DNA from: Eledone cirrhosa
Taxonomy: Eukaryota
DNA: 64,000 nt
Reading direction: 5' to 3'
Assembly (NCBI GenBank): GCA_964016885.1
Contig: OZ024741.1
Location: 31,682,001-31,746,000 of the forward strand
The translations under genes were made by a program, and so were the position numbers. Shown in pieces: positions 45,080-60,518 of the stretch (its first letter is position 1; each line of letters begins with the position of its first letter). The notes under the pieces are model-generated. The model saw only the letters and a list, made by a program, of their open reading frames with translations. It had not been told where the DNA came from and searched no databases.

Positions 45080-45085
<6 letters not shown>
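44266..45085 (-). mobile_element. Retrozyme-like element (period 541 nt) with an intact HHR at 44436-44516 and a terminal fold-back
   Basis: acacacg-CTGATGA-accgaga..ttttggt-GAAA-ca..tg-TA|cgtgtgt. 44266-44363 is repeated at 44807-44903. 44904-45085 is an inverted copy of about 44718-44901. Confidence 0.82.
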
Positions 45086-45121
<36 letters not shown>

Positions 45122-45188
45122 TGAGAAACAGAATATATAATAAAGAAGTTAAATTGTTTGAAGAGGTGTGTATAATTTACTGTTTACT

Positions 45189-45333
<145 letters not shown>

Positions 45334-46399
45334 GTGCGTATATATATAAAAATATATCATATATTCATATACAACAACATTGAATATAGAAATGGCTTCT
45401 ACAAGACTAGAACTATTTCATTGAAACGAAAGAGTTCTAGCCCTGTAGAAGCCATTTCTATACGAAATTTTGTTGTATACATTCTACTACGGTATTGAGC
45501 ACCTTACGTACCGTGGTTACCCCCGATTGAACCCGGGACACACTCAAGAAAAAGAAAATACACATACCCCCAAACACACACATATATATATAAACTACCA
45601 CCCGGTTATCGAACCAACCAGCCAGCCAACTAACCGTAAATTTATAATGAATTAAAGTCAAAACCAACAGGTGCGTGTGTTTTTATTGGCAACATGACCC
45701 TCCCAAAGTATAACAATATCTGTTTCAACACACGTTTTTGGATAAGAAATATTGCAAAATAAATTCAACAATGAATTGTATATTCGTTGCGGTTCTCTGT
45801 TGTCTCTGTTCAAATCCTACGGAGGTCCACTTTGCCTTTCATCATTTGCTGGTCGATAAAAGAAACACCAGTCAAGTACTGGTGGACTGTTCTTCCTCTA
45901 TATCTCTTTCTAGCCCCCCCCCCCCCCCTCTCACTCTCTCTCTCTCGCTTTTCTCTCTCACTTTCTATCTTTCGCTGGAAGAAATCTACTGGAGATGGGC
46001 CCCACCAGGTTTAAGAAAAACCGTATGCCACCATGGTGCCTCTACGACTCCTTCGAAATTTACGGGATTAAGAAAAAGAAGAAAGTTGCGGTCTTCATAT
46101 CTTCTTGGAGATTGATGTATGTTTGCAATTTAGCTAGAGAACTTTACTAGTTGAAGTGGATTTGTGTGTTTGTGTGTTTGTGTGCGCGCCTGTTTACACA
46201 TATATGTGTGTAAGTGTATGAGTGAGTTTGTGTGTGTATGAGTGTGTATTGGTTCGATATAATCTATGAGTACATAATCCAATGTGAATACGTTCCCTTT
46301 TAAGACTCCAAGGCAGCGACATCAAGACTGAATGCTGTAATACCTTACTGTGTCACTGATTATTTCCAGGTGTGTCAAGATAGTGAAATTAGTCTAATC

Positions 46400-49022
46400 A
46401 ACTACTGCGAATATTCGGTAGTGAGGTATAGTTCAAATCTGACAATTGTATTTTTATATTTGATAGTGAGGTATAGTCCAAATCTGACAATTGATTTTGT
46501 ATATTCGGCAGTGAAGAATATTTCAAATCTGAGAATTGTATATTGTATATTCGGCAGTGAAGAATATTTCAAATCTGAGAAGTGTATATTGTATATTCGG
46601 AAGGGAAGAATATTTTAAATCTGAGAATTGTATATTGTATATTCGGCAGTGAAGAATATTTCAAATCTGAGAATTGTATATTGTATATTCGGAAGGGAAG
46701 AATATTTTAAATCTGAGAATTGTATATTGTATATTCGGTAGTGAAGAATATTTCAAATCTGAGAATTGTATATTGTATATTCGGCAGTGAAGAATATTTC
46801 AAATCTGAGAATTGTATATTGTATATTCGGCAGTGAAGAATATTTCAAATCTGAGAATTGTATATTGTATATTCGGCAGTGAAGAATATTTCAAATCTGA
46901 GAATTGTATATTGTATATTCGGAAGGGAAGAATATTTCAAATCTGAGAATTGTATATTGTATATTCGGCAGTGAAGAATATTTCAAATCTGAGAATTGTA
47001 TATTGTATATTCGGCAGTGAAGAATATTTCAAATCTGAGAATTGTATATTGTATATTCGGAAGGGAAGAATATTTCAAATCTGAGAATTGTATATTGTAT
47101 ATTCGGAAGGGAAGAATATTTCAAATCTGAGAATTGTATATTGTATATTCGGTAGTGAAGAATATTTCAAATCTGAGAATTGTATATTGTATATTCGGCA
47201 GTGAAGAATATTTCAAATCTGAGGATTGTATATTGTATATTCGGCAGTGAAGAATATTTCAAATCTGAGAAGTGTATATTGTATATTCGGTAGTGAAGTA
47301 TATTTCAAATCTGAGAATTGTATATTGTATATTCGGCAGTGAAGAATATTTCAAATCTGAGAAGTGTATATTGTATATTCGGTAGTGAAGTATATTTCAA
47401 ATCTGAGAATTGTATATTGTATATTCGGCAGTGAAGAATATTTCAAATCTGAGAAGTGTATATTGTATATTCGGTAGAGAAGTATAATTCAAATCTGAGA
47501 ATTGTATATTGTATATTCGGCAGTGAAGAATATTTCAAATCTGAGAAGTGTATATTGTATATTCGGTAGTGAAGTATATTTCAAATCTGAGAATTGTATA
47601 TTGTATATTCGGCAGTGAAGAATATTTCAAATCTGAGAAGTGTATATTGTATATTCGGTAGTGAAGTATATTTCAAATCTGAGAATTGTATATTGTATAT
47701 TCGGTAGTGAAGTATATTTCAAATCTGAGAATTGTATATTGTATATTCGGTAGTGAAGTATATTTCAAATCTGAGAAGTGTATATTGTATATTCGGTAGT
47801 GAAGTATATTTCAAATCTGAGAATTGTATATTGTATATTCGGTAGTGAAGTATATTTCAAATCTGAGAAGTGTATATTGTATATTCGGTAGTGAAGTATA
47901 TTTCAAATCTGAGAATTGTATATTGTATATTCGGTAGTGAAGTATATTTCAAATCTGAGAAGTGTATATTGTATATTCGGTAGTGAAGTATATTTCAAAT
48001 CTGAGAATTGTATATTGTATATTCGGTAGTGAAGTATATTTCAAATCTGAGAAGTGTATATTGTATATTCGGTAGTGAAGAATATTTCAAATCTGAGAAG
48101 TGTATATTGTATATTCGGTAGTGAAGTATATTTCAAATCTGAGAATTGTATATTGTATATTTGGTAGTGAAGTATATTTCAAATCTGAGAATTGTATATT
48201 GTATATTCGGTAGTGAAGTATATTTCAAATCTGAGAATTGTATATTGTATATTCGGTAGTGAAGTATATTTCAAATCTGAGAATTGTATATTGTATATTC
48301 GGCAGTGAAGAATATTTCAAATCTGAGAAGTGTATATTGTATATTCGGTAGTGAAGTATATTTCAAATCTGAGAATTGTATATTGTATATTCGGTAGTGA
48401 AGTATATTTCAAATCTGAGAAGTGTATATTGTATATTCGGCAGTGAAGAATATTTCAAATCTGAGAAGTGTATATTGTATATTCGGTAGTGAAGTATATT
48501 TCAAATCTGAGAATTGTATATTGTATATTCGGCAGTGAAGAATATTTCAAATCTGAGAAGTGTATATTGTATATTCGGTAGTGAAGTATATTTCAAATCT
48601 GAGAATTGTATATTGTATATTCGGTAGTGAAGTATATTTCAAATCTGAGAATTGTATATTGTATATTCGGTAGTGAAGTATATTTCAAATCTGAGAAGTG
48701 TATATTGTATATTCGGTAGTGAAGTATATTTCAAATCTGAGAATTGTATATTGTATATTCGGTAGTGAAGTATATTTCAAATCTGAGAATTGTATATTGT
48801 ATATTCGGAAGGGAAGAATATTTCAAATCTGAGAATTGTATATTGTATATTCGGTAGTGAAGTATATTTCAAATCTGAGAATTGTATATTGTATATTCGG
48901 TAGTGAAGTATATTTCAAATCTGAGAAGTGTATATTGTATATTCGGTAGTGAAGTATATTTCAAATCTGAGAAGTGTATATTGTATATTCGGAAGGGAAG
49001 TATATTTCAAATCTGACAATTG
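46400..49022. repeat. 46-bp minisatellite, about 57 units
   Basis: Unit GAA(T/G)TGTATATTGTATATTCGG(C/T/A)AG(T/G)GAAG(A/T)ATATTTCAAATCTGA. There are no unique spacers. Confidence 0.97.
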
Positions 49023-49483
49023 CATGTATATATACAATTAAACACGTGATGAGTGACACGTGATATAGTATTTAATGTTTATTTATTCAACATCGAGTCG
49101 CTAACATTTATTTTAAGAAATATGTCAAAACTATGTCAAAAATGTTCACAAATGTGAAAGGATTCGAACGTCCGGACGAAGTCTTCAAAAACGTTATCTC
49201 TGTCTGTTCCCTTGCCGCTTTAGTTCGGATTGCCTCAACAACGTAACATCATTACATAATGAAGCTGTCTGATGAGATCATACCATTGGTTGCATGGAAT
49301 CACGTGACCACTGTCGTCATTCAAATGTGTATCACAGCCTTATCAATAAAAGACTCTTTAACATCTACAACAACTTCGCATTTTTCTTATTCTAAATATT
49401 CTAAATATACTCCATCATTTCCATTTGGAAGAAGTAAGATGACGTTCAGTGGTTGATCGGGATTGCGTCAATATTTACCATAA

Positions 49484-49552
<69 letters not shown>

Positions 49553-49788
49553 ATTGGTGTTGGATGCTTAAAGCGTCCGTATGCGGTAGGCCATATGATC
49601 GTGCCTCGAGCTGGTCTCCCGGGAAACATTTGTAATATGTCCAATAAATTCCTTTCGTCGCAACACTGATTCTCTTTTTTCTGTGATATATATATATATA
49701 GGTAAAAGGTAAACAGAAATAACAACTCAATCGGTACAGTATATGTAAGGTATATATTAGGTTAATGCTTGATAGAGCAGGAAGAGGG

Positions 49789-49824
49789 TCTTAACGTTTC
49801 GGACGCTAGTCCTCCATCAGAAGA
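49789..49824 (-). ncRNA. Minimal hammerhead (A9 mutated to G) in a repeat also at 53858-54072
   Basis: tctt-CTGATGG-aggac tagc gtcc-GAAA-cg-TT|aaga. The second copy at about 53944-53978 is more decayed. Confidence 0.62.
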
Positions 49825-49947
49825 AAGAATGAGAAATAAAATAGATCAAGGGGACGGGCAGGTTGGAATTGGAAAAAATGTCTTTCGATAAAAATAATAG
49901 GTCCATTCATGTTGATATCTCTTGCAAAACTGTTGGTGCTGGCGGTT

Positions 49948-50099
<152 letters not shown>

Positions 50100-50104
50100 A
50101 GTAT

Positions 50105-50548
50105 GTAATCGTTTCATTTTTTTCCGTTTATCGTTTTCGGTGCACCCGGCCGATTAACCCACTCGATATGCAAATTGGGCTACTCAGCCATTAATATGCA
50201 TAAGGTAAGTATATACGTTCAACAATCTGGCAAGAAGGTATACGTTGTTGACGATAGCTAATAAGCTTGAACTAGTACAGCGTTCCTTTGTCAGTGTTGA
50301 ACAAACGAGCAACGATGGTTGCTGGACACTACGGCTTAATACGGGATGTTTGTTTACAAACACACCGAGCATTATAATACATGTTCGGTGAATCCATACG
50401 TACATATATATATGTGTGCATGTATGTGTATATATATACATACTACTGTACGTCTGTATACATATATGTATGTACGTGTACATACTTATATTTAAGTAAC
50501 AGCCGTACTAAGAGTGGGAAATGAAATTTCGTTTCATTTTTTCCGTTT
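50105..50548 (+). mobile_element. Family X monomer with terminal redundancy and a decayed HHR (50242-50283)
   Basis: Begins and ends with TCGTTTCATTTTTTCCGTTTAT and is flanked by (TA)n. Confidence 0.8.
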
Positions 50549-50759
50549 ATATATATATAGTATTAAGGATACTATTTATGGTTATGCAAATACAACAACC
50601 TTTTGTAGTTATATATATTTTTACAAACCTTAAACAGGCAGTAATATATTACTACCTTATTACCAGGAAGTTAAATAGCTCAATGTAAAATCATCAGATG
50701 TTTTACAGACCAGTTATATATAAGTTATAAGAATCAAAGATCTGTTCAAAACATTTTTA

Positions 50760-50806
50760 TGCTTACAACTGTTTTCTCCAAACCGAGGTTTGGATTCTTC
50801 GGAGCA
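50760..50806 (-). ncRNA. Minimal hammerhead (CCGAAGA core)
   Basis: tgct-CCGAAGA-atccaaac ctcg gtttgga-GAAA(A)-cagttg-TA|agca. Confidence 0.68.
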
Positions 50807-52002
50807 ATTTATTAATGAATGAACAATTATATGACCTCCTTTTCAACCCAAGAGACATACAGATACATATGCAAACATTGTTGCTTGGTGGGTCGACATC
50901 CATTACAGCATTTAGTGTGGCAGTATACATTTAGAGGTTACATTCATATTAAAAGAGGATAAAATCAAAAATACATGTTAAAATACATGAAATTAATGCG
51001 ATAGGATAGTCATAAGCAGTTATTGAGTGCAATAGTTACACGTGTGGCAAGCACGTGCGTCTTGTTTATATAATGCTATAGTGTGGCAGAGTGTTACATG
51101 TAATAGAAGCACTTAAACAGGTAATCTAGAGTGTTAGGGGGTCGAACTGGTAATGAATCCTTTATATGATTGTTATAGCCTGTGCGTGGAGAAATAATAT
51201 AAGCATTAAATATATTGGAAATGCGTAGCAAAGCGATGATATGGATTTCATGCACAGCACCATTTTCACACTCCGGGTAGCGTATTATTCAGATTATATG
51301 CCCCTCACATAATCTACGACGATTCGATATTGGGCGTTTGACGATCTTGTTAGAAAATCATAGTTTGTTGGTCTTTAGCTCAATACAGCAGGTTGTTACG
51401 TTGCGAGAATCGACATCGAATTATTTTCCGGAAGTGTGTTTGTGACTAAGGGGAGTTAATGCGTGAGTGGAGGTAACTCAGTGGTTTCTATGACTAACTA
51501 TTAAATGGTGTCTCAAAGTAGTCCCTAACTTATATGGTTATACACAGTTTCTAAAAATTTAAAGTGTCTTAACTATAATGTAGTCTATCAAGCAGTATTA
51601 AAGGTGTTCATACTAGGGTGATCATCCTCCATCACAGAGTGTCACAATTGAATCTTTTACACGATGAACGGGATTTCTAAATCAATGATCATTGTGATTG
51701 TAGTCTACTCATAGAACCTGGCAGGGTGATTATAGAATCACTTCAATATATAATAATTCCTGGTAAGCTCTGGCTCAGTGCATGTTATATTGGATGTCGA
51801 AAGTTAACTATCAATAGGGTAGATCAGAGGTCAGTCTACACTCCTCATGTCACTAATCTGACCATCTATTCATACATATATGTACAACACATACGCCACT
51901 TGCAATACATTCACTGCACTCAGCAAATAGGTTATACAGCTCATCAACGATACTAGATTAATTAGTCTTCCATTTATCCAACGATGGCATTATAACCAGC
52001 AG

Positions 52003-52512
52003 ACTAACACCCAGAATAATTGTAACTGTAGAGCAAATAGAACCTGCCCTTTAGATAAAAAATGCTTAATAAAGGATATCATATACTCATGCACCGTCAC
52101 AACTAGCAACTCTTCAGAAGCCTATGTAGGCTCCACATCTAACTGCTTCAAAACCAGGTATAATTCGCACATCCACTCGTTCAAAAAACACAGTCTAGCC
52201 AACTCCACCTCACTATCTAGCTACGTACACTTTCTAAAAACTAAAAATAAATCTTACACACTCAAATGGGAAGTGATAGGTAGCGCGATTTCGTACAAAC
52301 CACCTAATAAATTTTGTAACCTCTGTCTACTAGAGACCCACACTATTATCTTCTCTAACCATAACCTACTTAACAAAAAGTATGAAGTATTCGCAACTTG
52401 CCAGCACCGCCCAATATATAGCAATGTCAGACTTGAACCAGGCACCACCTCTAGCATCAAACACCAAGGGCACACCTTATACCACATCCCCACACTCATT
52501 GATCCAATATAA
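52003..52512 (+). pseudogene. PLE linker plus GIY-YIG endonuclease, 5'-truncated, with an inverted 5' piece
   Basis: NNCNCRANRTCPLDKKC..IIYSC..YVGSTSNCFKTRYNSH..LKWEVI..FCNLCLLE..CQH. 51875-51990 is an inverted copy of 52675-52790. Confidence 0.85.
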
Positions 52513-53665
52513 CACTAATAGGGACATCCCTCTAGAACCCTTCACAGTAAGAATACCCCTTTGTACTTCTACTTTGGGTGTGACTGCATCCAGTTGCTTG
52601 AACTGCACCACTTTATAATTAATGTAAAATTTAAGCATGGAATTGATTGTATTGTTGGTGCTCTGCGGGTGAAGTGCCATCGTTGGATACATGGAAGACT
52701 AATTAATCTAGTATCGTTGATGAGCTGTATAACCTATATGCTGAGTGCAGTGAATGTATTGCAAGTGGCGTATGTGTTGTACATACATGTATGTACACAC
52801 ACAACAATAATAACATACACGGAGACAACAACAACAACACACACATTCTATGCCTCTCACCACCACCACAATCTTAACAAACACACAGAAACAGAAAACA
52901 GGTAATGAGAGTAACACAGAAGTAAGGGAAGGTAATGGGATTGAAAGAGAAGGGAGACTATGAATACTGACAGAGAAAATAACCAGGTAGAACACACAGA
53001 CACACAACATAGAGTAGATAATAACAATGATCCAGAGGAAAGAGACAGGAGTAATAATGAGAGACATAGAAACAACCATGAGGCTGTTGGTGGAAATAGA
53101 AATAGAAACAACACAACTTACAATAACAATAGCAATAGTACACATAAAGCAGCAGCCTGGAATTCTACTTTTTATAATCCTTCCGATATGTCCTTCGACC
53201 TACGACGAGTCCACGCCACGACTTTAGCTTTAAAAAAACGCACGCAAGAGCCGTCGCAGGTCGATGAACAAACAGAAGCACAATTTAGTATAGCACATGG
53301 ATGAAATGTTTATTCTATTATAGTAATTACGATCAACCTAATCTTCCATGACTTCATATAGGTTCGTACACGCACACATTTTCAGCAACATAATTCTTTC
53401 TTAATACACTTAATACATTTATCTGCACATGTATATATACAGATTATACATATATATATATACACATATAATAATTTAAAATATATAAAAAATATCCATA
53501 TATATATATATATATATGGATATTAGAAAGTGAGTTTTTTTTTACAAAATGAAAAATAATCGAGGTGTCCTATACGAGTGAATGTATAAAGAAAAAAAGA
53601 TGAAATCGAAAATGCAACTGACGTCTTATTTTTAAGAAAATATATATATTTATTTGGTTCCTTTA

Positions 53666-53701
53666 CTTTTGAAAAGCAGAAGAACTGCGAAACCGGTAAA
53701 G
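53666..53701 (+). ncRNA. Minimal hammerhead with U3-A8 core, intact
   Basis: ctt-TTGAAAA-gcag aagaa ctgc-GAAA-ccgg-TA|aag-gaaccAAATAAA. Confidence 0.72.
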
Positions 53702-53770
53702 GAACCAAATAAATATATATATTTAAAAAAAAATAAGACTCCAGTTGCATTTTCGATTTCATCTTTTTTT

Positions 53771-53859
<89 letters not shown>

Positions 53860-54426
53860 AAAGGTAAACAGAAATAACAACACAATCGGTACAGTATATG
53901 GAAGGGATATATTAGGTTAACGCTTGATATAGCAGGAAGAGGGTCTTCATATTCCGGACGCTAGTCCTTCGGCAGAAGAAAGAATGAGAAATAAGATAGA
54001 TTGAGGGGACGGGTGGGTTGGGATTGGAAATAATGCCTTTAGATAAAAATAACAGGTCCATTTATGTTGATACATACACACACACTCTCTCTCTCACACA
54101 CACACACACACACATATATAGGATATTAACAATTTATGTTGAAAATTTGTTGCCTTAACGTACATGTACAAATCCATAAATATGTGTAGGAGACAGGTGT
54201 GAGGAATTGTGTGGCCTTGGGGTAGGTGTTTTGGGACTAGGACCATAATGACATGGGTTCGATTCTTGAGCTGGGTTGTGTTCTTGAGCAAAACACTTCA
54301 TTTCAGGTTGCTCCAGTATATTCAGCTGAAAATAGCTGGCTGGTTTAGCCCTGCTATGGACTGGAGAGAACATGTATACTCAGTCGCTTCAGGCACGGAA
54401 ACTGGGATAAGTACCAAACTGACCAC

Positions 54427-55001
54427 TCTCCTGGCTTGAGACACTTTTAGAGACCTAGCTGTATTAACTTAAATCTCCTGGTTTGAGACAGATTTGTAGA
54501 GACCAGGCTGTATTAGATTATATTTCCTGGCTTGAGACAGTTTAAGAGACCAGGCTGTATTAGATATCACCTGTCTTGAGACAGACTTTTATAGACCAGG
54601 TTGTATTAGATTATAAATCCTAGCTTGAGACACTTTTAGAGATCGGGCTGTATTAGATATCTCCTGGCTTGAGACATACTTTTATAGACCAGGCTGTATT
54701 AGATTATATCTCCTGGCTTGAGACACTTTTATAGACCAGGCTGTATTAAATTATATCTCCTGGTTTGAGGCACCTTTATAGACCAGGCTGTATTAGATTA
54801 AATCTGGCTTGAGACAGACTTTTAGAGACCAGGCTGTATCAAATTATATCTCCTGGCTTGAGAGAGACTTTTAGAGACTAGGCTGTATTAAATTATATCT
54901 CCTGGCTTCAGACACTTTTAGAGACCTGGCTGTATTAGATTATATCTCTTATATCTCCTGGCTTGAGACACTTTCAGAAACGAGGCTGTATTAGATTATA
55001 T
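54427..55001. repeat. Minisatellite of about 43-49-bp units (about 12 units) following a SINE-like head
   Basis: Unit approximately CTCCTGGCTTGAGACACTTTTAGAGACCAGGCTGTATTAGATTATAT. Confidence 0.9.
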
Positions 55002-56107
55002 CGACGTCAGTATTTTACCTGTGCCTCATCTGAATCTACCATGTACATATTTTGCCTGTACAATGTTTACTTTTTCTGTATGATACACCTGATGGTACAT
55101 TTCTGACCGGATTTTGTAAAAAAATCTAATTTTAGAATGAGAGTAAGTTTCCATGTTTTTGGAAGAAAAACATCTTAAATTTATGTAAAATAATATAAAT
55201 GACCGACTTAAATCGTACATCAGGGTATGACTCTGTTACCCAACCCTGCATCTATTAATATTCCTTCATTATTGAGAATTTCTATCATTCTTAATTAAAA
55301 GGATGCTGCAGCATGCCCCTGGTCGTGTCCACAAAGACGAACACAAGAACTAGTAAATAATAATATTGTACTAGAATTTTATACGTTGTGAGTTTAAATT
55401 TGGCAATGTAGTGTGTTCCCTGGTTATTCTCAATTTCTAGATACGAGTGAATATCGAGTTAAGATGCCATAAATCGTAACTGATATTAGTGGAATACGAG
55501 AAGAGGTATTATATCGAATTGATTTTAGTTTTATAAGCGAAGGAAATAGGCCACACATGGTAATCGAAAATTAAGCAGTTTGATAATATTAGGGTACTTC
55601 GATTAAGATTGCTTGTTTGATGAGATTGTAATGCTATTTCTCTGCTGTACGTAATTGGCATAGGTTTAACTTTGACCTGACAAAATTACGAATTCTACTC
55701 GACAAACAACATCCCCAGTATAGGAACCAAGTGATCTACACAGTTATTGAAAGGTAACACATAGCAGTGGTTTACAATATGCCCATCCATGTAAATGTAC
55801 GCCCGAAATATTTCCATTAAGATTTTTCAAACATTTTCGTCAATATTATGCCAAATCCTAAACTTTTCTTCAGCATTTAGTCAAATTCAACCATATAAAT
55901 ATTTATTCACCTTCGGGTTTTTCGAATATCTAGCATTATTAATGCAGCTACTTGCATACATAATGCCGCACACTCAGGTGTACATGCACATACACGTACA
56001 CATATACATACACATACACATACACGTACACATATACATAAACGTACACATACACGTACACATATACATACACGTACATATATATATGTGTATAAATGTA
56101 TACGTAT

Positions 56108-56201
<94 letters not shown>

Positions 56202-56310
56202 ATATATATATATATATGTGTATATATATTTCAAGCGTTAAACCAATATATTTCTTCGTTGTACTGTGTCGCTTGCTTTGTTTTTGTTTACTATTTACAC
56301 ACACACACCC

Positions 56311-56407
<97 letters not shown>

Positions 56408-56849
56408 TATATGCACGTTCATATGCACACAAAACAATGCATTTTATGTGTTTTGAATGTTTGTGAGGAGTCAATAAACAAATAACTTTTTTTAAACGAA
56501 CGTACATGGTTTACGTATGAAGTGCATACTTAATTAGAGTTCTGGCGATAATCCAAAATATGTCTACATACTTATACTTATGAGATAAATGTGAAGAGAG
56601 TGACGGAATGTGGTGTTTCGTTAGAAAGGAACAAGACAAAATCCTCTTATACTAATAGCTATTTAGAATACAAAGCTATTTCGATTATCTAAACATTCAT
56701 TTAGCTTTATTTCAAGTGTTCACTATACTTGTAGTTATTTATTTATTTTATTTTTTGTTGATATAATACATACATATACATGTACATATATACACACACA
56801 TATATACATGTGTGTGTATGCATATTTGTATATATATATATATAAAAGG

Positions 56850-57535
56850 ATCGGCCCTCCCAGCCAGCGCTAAGTTAGGATACATAAGGAACGAACTAAC
56901 ACGTATCCGGAACAAATGCACCAACGCTAGAGACCGAGACATACACCCCACACATTTCCTGTAAGCACTCAAACTGAACGGATACCCGACATCCACCACA
57001 AACCGTGCCAGAAAGAGCAGAGGACACCACACCCGAGGCACTAACATTTGCTTCCTGAAGCTCCCACACTTCAGTGACGAAACAACAACAGCCATCCGCA
57101 GAGCTATCAGACGAGAGGGACTAGATATCCAACTGGCCCACTCAGGTCCTTCTCTACGCGGACAGCTAACCAAAAGACACTCCACCAGACATGACAACCG
57201 CTGCAGGATAGCCAACTGCCCCATCAACGACACAGACCTATGCCACCAGGCTTACGTCGTATACAGGCTAGAGTGCGACAAATGCAGCCAACTGCTACGT
57301 AGGTAGCACCACCAGACCACTCTACATAAGAATAAAAGAACACTTCAATACTAACGCTTCCTCATTTAAGAAACACCTAGTTAAATGCAAAAACACCGAC
57401 AAAACCATAACAGTTAGGATAGAAACAAAGGAAAGAAACCTCGGCAATCTTAGAATTAAGGAAGCACTAATTATAGATAAAACACAACCACCAATCAATA
57501 ATAGACTAGAACTCAACACCCAATTTATAACTTGA
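56850..57535 (+). pseudogene. PLE RT thumb plus GIY-YIG fragment (second clade)
   Basis: Manual translation: LKLNGYP...LKLPHFS...CRIANCP...VVYRLECDKC/YVGSTTRPLYIRIKEH...LRIKEALII...INNRLE. Confidence 0.85.
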
Positions 57536-57892
57536 TATAGCATCTAGCCCCATATTTACACCCCCCCCCACACACACCTACACCTCTACTTATTCTCTCT
57601 AACACACACACACTCACACAAAGACCAGTTCTAACACGAGATAACATCTACCCCCCCCCCCACATTTACGTATAGAGATATCTTCTCACACTCACACACA
57701 CACATACTTACACATCACACATTCTCCCACACACTTAAACAGGCATGTACAAAAAACCCTTTTAAAGGGAGACTACTCTTTATCCACCTAACCTTAACTC
57801 TTTGACATTAGAGATAGAACAGATACTCTATACCATTTCCTGTCAGCATGACTTGGCAAGCTATTTAGAACACTGGTTTAACCGCTTTACTT

Positions 57893-57929
57893 CCCTCCGA
57901 AGAAGAGATATTATCTCGAAAATTAAGGA
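57893..57929 (+). ncRNA. Minimal hammerhead (CCGAAGA) in the 3' UTR of the PLE
   Basis: cct-CCGAAGA-agagat att atctc-GAAA-at-TA|agg, with AATAAA just downstream. Confidence 0.7.
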
Positions 57930-58033
57930 CATTTAAATAAATCTAAGGTAAAAGACTAATTGTCAACAATATCTTTTGCATTTACAGTCTTTATTCTATG
58001 TCCATACCTGCATTGTTTTGGCTTTATTATACA

Positions 58034-58175
58034 GGGCGGTGAATTGGCAGTATCGGTAGAGGGTCGGATATGCTTTCCAGCATAGTTACGTCCTTTTACG
58101 ATCTGAGTTCAAATCTCGCCGAGGTTAACTTTGCCTTTCATCCATACAGAGGTCGATAAAATAAAGTACCAGTAA
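58034..58175 (+). mobile_element. tRNA-derived SINE copy
   Basis: Same family as 24469 and 43891. Confidence 0.82.
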
Positions 58176-58262
58176 TGTATATATATAAATGTATATATAT
58201 AAAATAAACTAAAATAAACTAAAATAAATAAGTCAAATGTTTAAAATTTGGCTTCGTTTATT

Positions 58263-58317
58263 ACTGCTATATATATTTCGGTGACAGCCATCTTTGGCTG
58301 TGACCTCTTCAGGCAGT
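58263..58317 (-). ncRNA. Minimal type I hammerhead, intact
   Basis: actgc-CTGAAGA-ggtcacagcca aaga tggctgtcacc-GAAA-tatata-TA|gcagt-AATAAA. Confidence 0.87.
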
Positions 58318-59104
58318 CCGAATTAGTGTGGTAGAGACTAGTACACATGTTGTTGAGCTGTTTAACTTTGTCAATACTCTGATATGCCCAGTTCCTGGTT
58401 GGGTTGTTATTTCACTGAGGGACTGGAATCATATGAATTTAAACAAACGAATTTCAGCGTCAAAGGACATCTTCTCATCCCATTGGTCAGTTGTGGGAAC
58501 ATTCCTCAGTCAAAAGTCTATAGAAATTCGTTCTGAGGCGAAGCAAACTGTAGTGGTTGTTCTTGTTATTGTTAAGCACATCTGACCTCTACTCTTATGT
58601 TGGTAGTGTTGTTGGTGTTGGAGCGACATGATAAAGTGGTAGAAGGAATAAGATGGTAAAGGAACAAAATAAAATAAGATAATCAAATAAAATATGTGTG
58701 TGTTATACCCAATCTCAATGTTAGAATCATTTGTAAGATCACCCCTCCCATGGTCTGTTGTGAGAGCATTCCTCAGCCAAAAGTCTATAGAAATTTTTTC
58801 TGGGGTGAGGCTAGCTGTAGTGTTTGTTTTTGCTATTATTAAGTACATCTGACCTCTACCCTTATTTTGGTAGTGGTGTTGGTGCTGTGGTCAGCCTAGT
58901 TCTTGCTGCTGCTGACATTTAGAAGTATCTGTGTGTGTTTCTTCATCCATCCTGCACCATTTCTCGTGGTGGTGGTGGTGGTGGGGGTATGTGTGTGTGT
59001 ATGTGTGTGTATGGGTGTGTGTGTGTGCTGTGCCATGCATATGAAGAAATAGAAGGCAATAAAGTGAAGAAAACAGAAAACAAATGAAAAATATATATAT
59101 ATGT

Positions 59105-59146
<42 letters not shown>

Positions 59147-59199
59147 GTATACATGTATATGTATATATATGCGATCGACTTTCGTCAAATCGGACCGAG

Positions 59200-59377
59200 G
59201 GAACAATGTTTCCGTTGGTCTTTCCAATTGCTAATACTATCTATCGGTGGCAACTCCAGGTAGAAGGAGCAACGTGAAATAATGTGTCTTGCTCAAGGAC
59301 ATAACGCATCACCTGGTCCATGTATCGGACTCACAACCTTACGATTGCGAATCCAATTCTCTAACCACTCCGCCACA
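59200..59377 (-). mobile_element. tRNA-derived SINE (same family as 34192)
   Basis: Reverse complement of 34192-34370. Confidence 0.82.
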
Positions 59378-59378
59378 C

Positions 59379-60518
<1,140 letters not shown>

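Noticed and set aside
46400-49022. CRISPR-like regular array
   Set aside because: The units are contiguous with no unique spacers, there are no cas genes, and the context is eukaryotic.
49269-49310. CTGATGA motif (also at about 63785, minus strand)
   Set aside because: No complete hammerhead fold can be built.
58490-58890. Diverged direct repeat of about 130 bp (offset about 288)
   Set aside because: It is probably an internal duplication in a PLE-type UTR upstream of the 58263 HHR. There is no further evidence of function.
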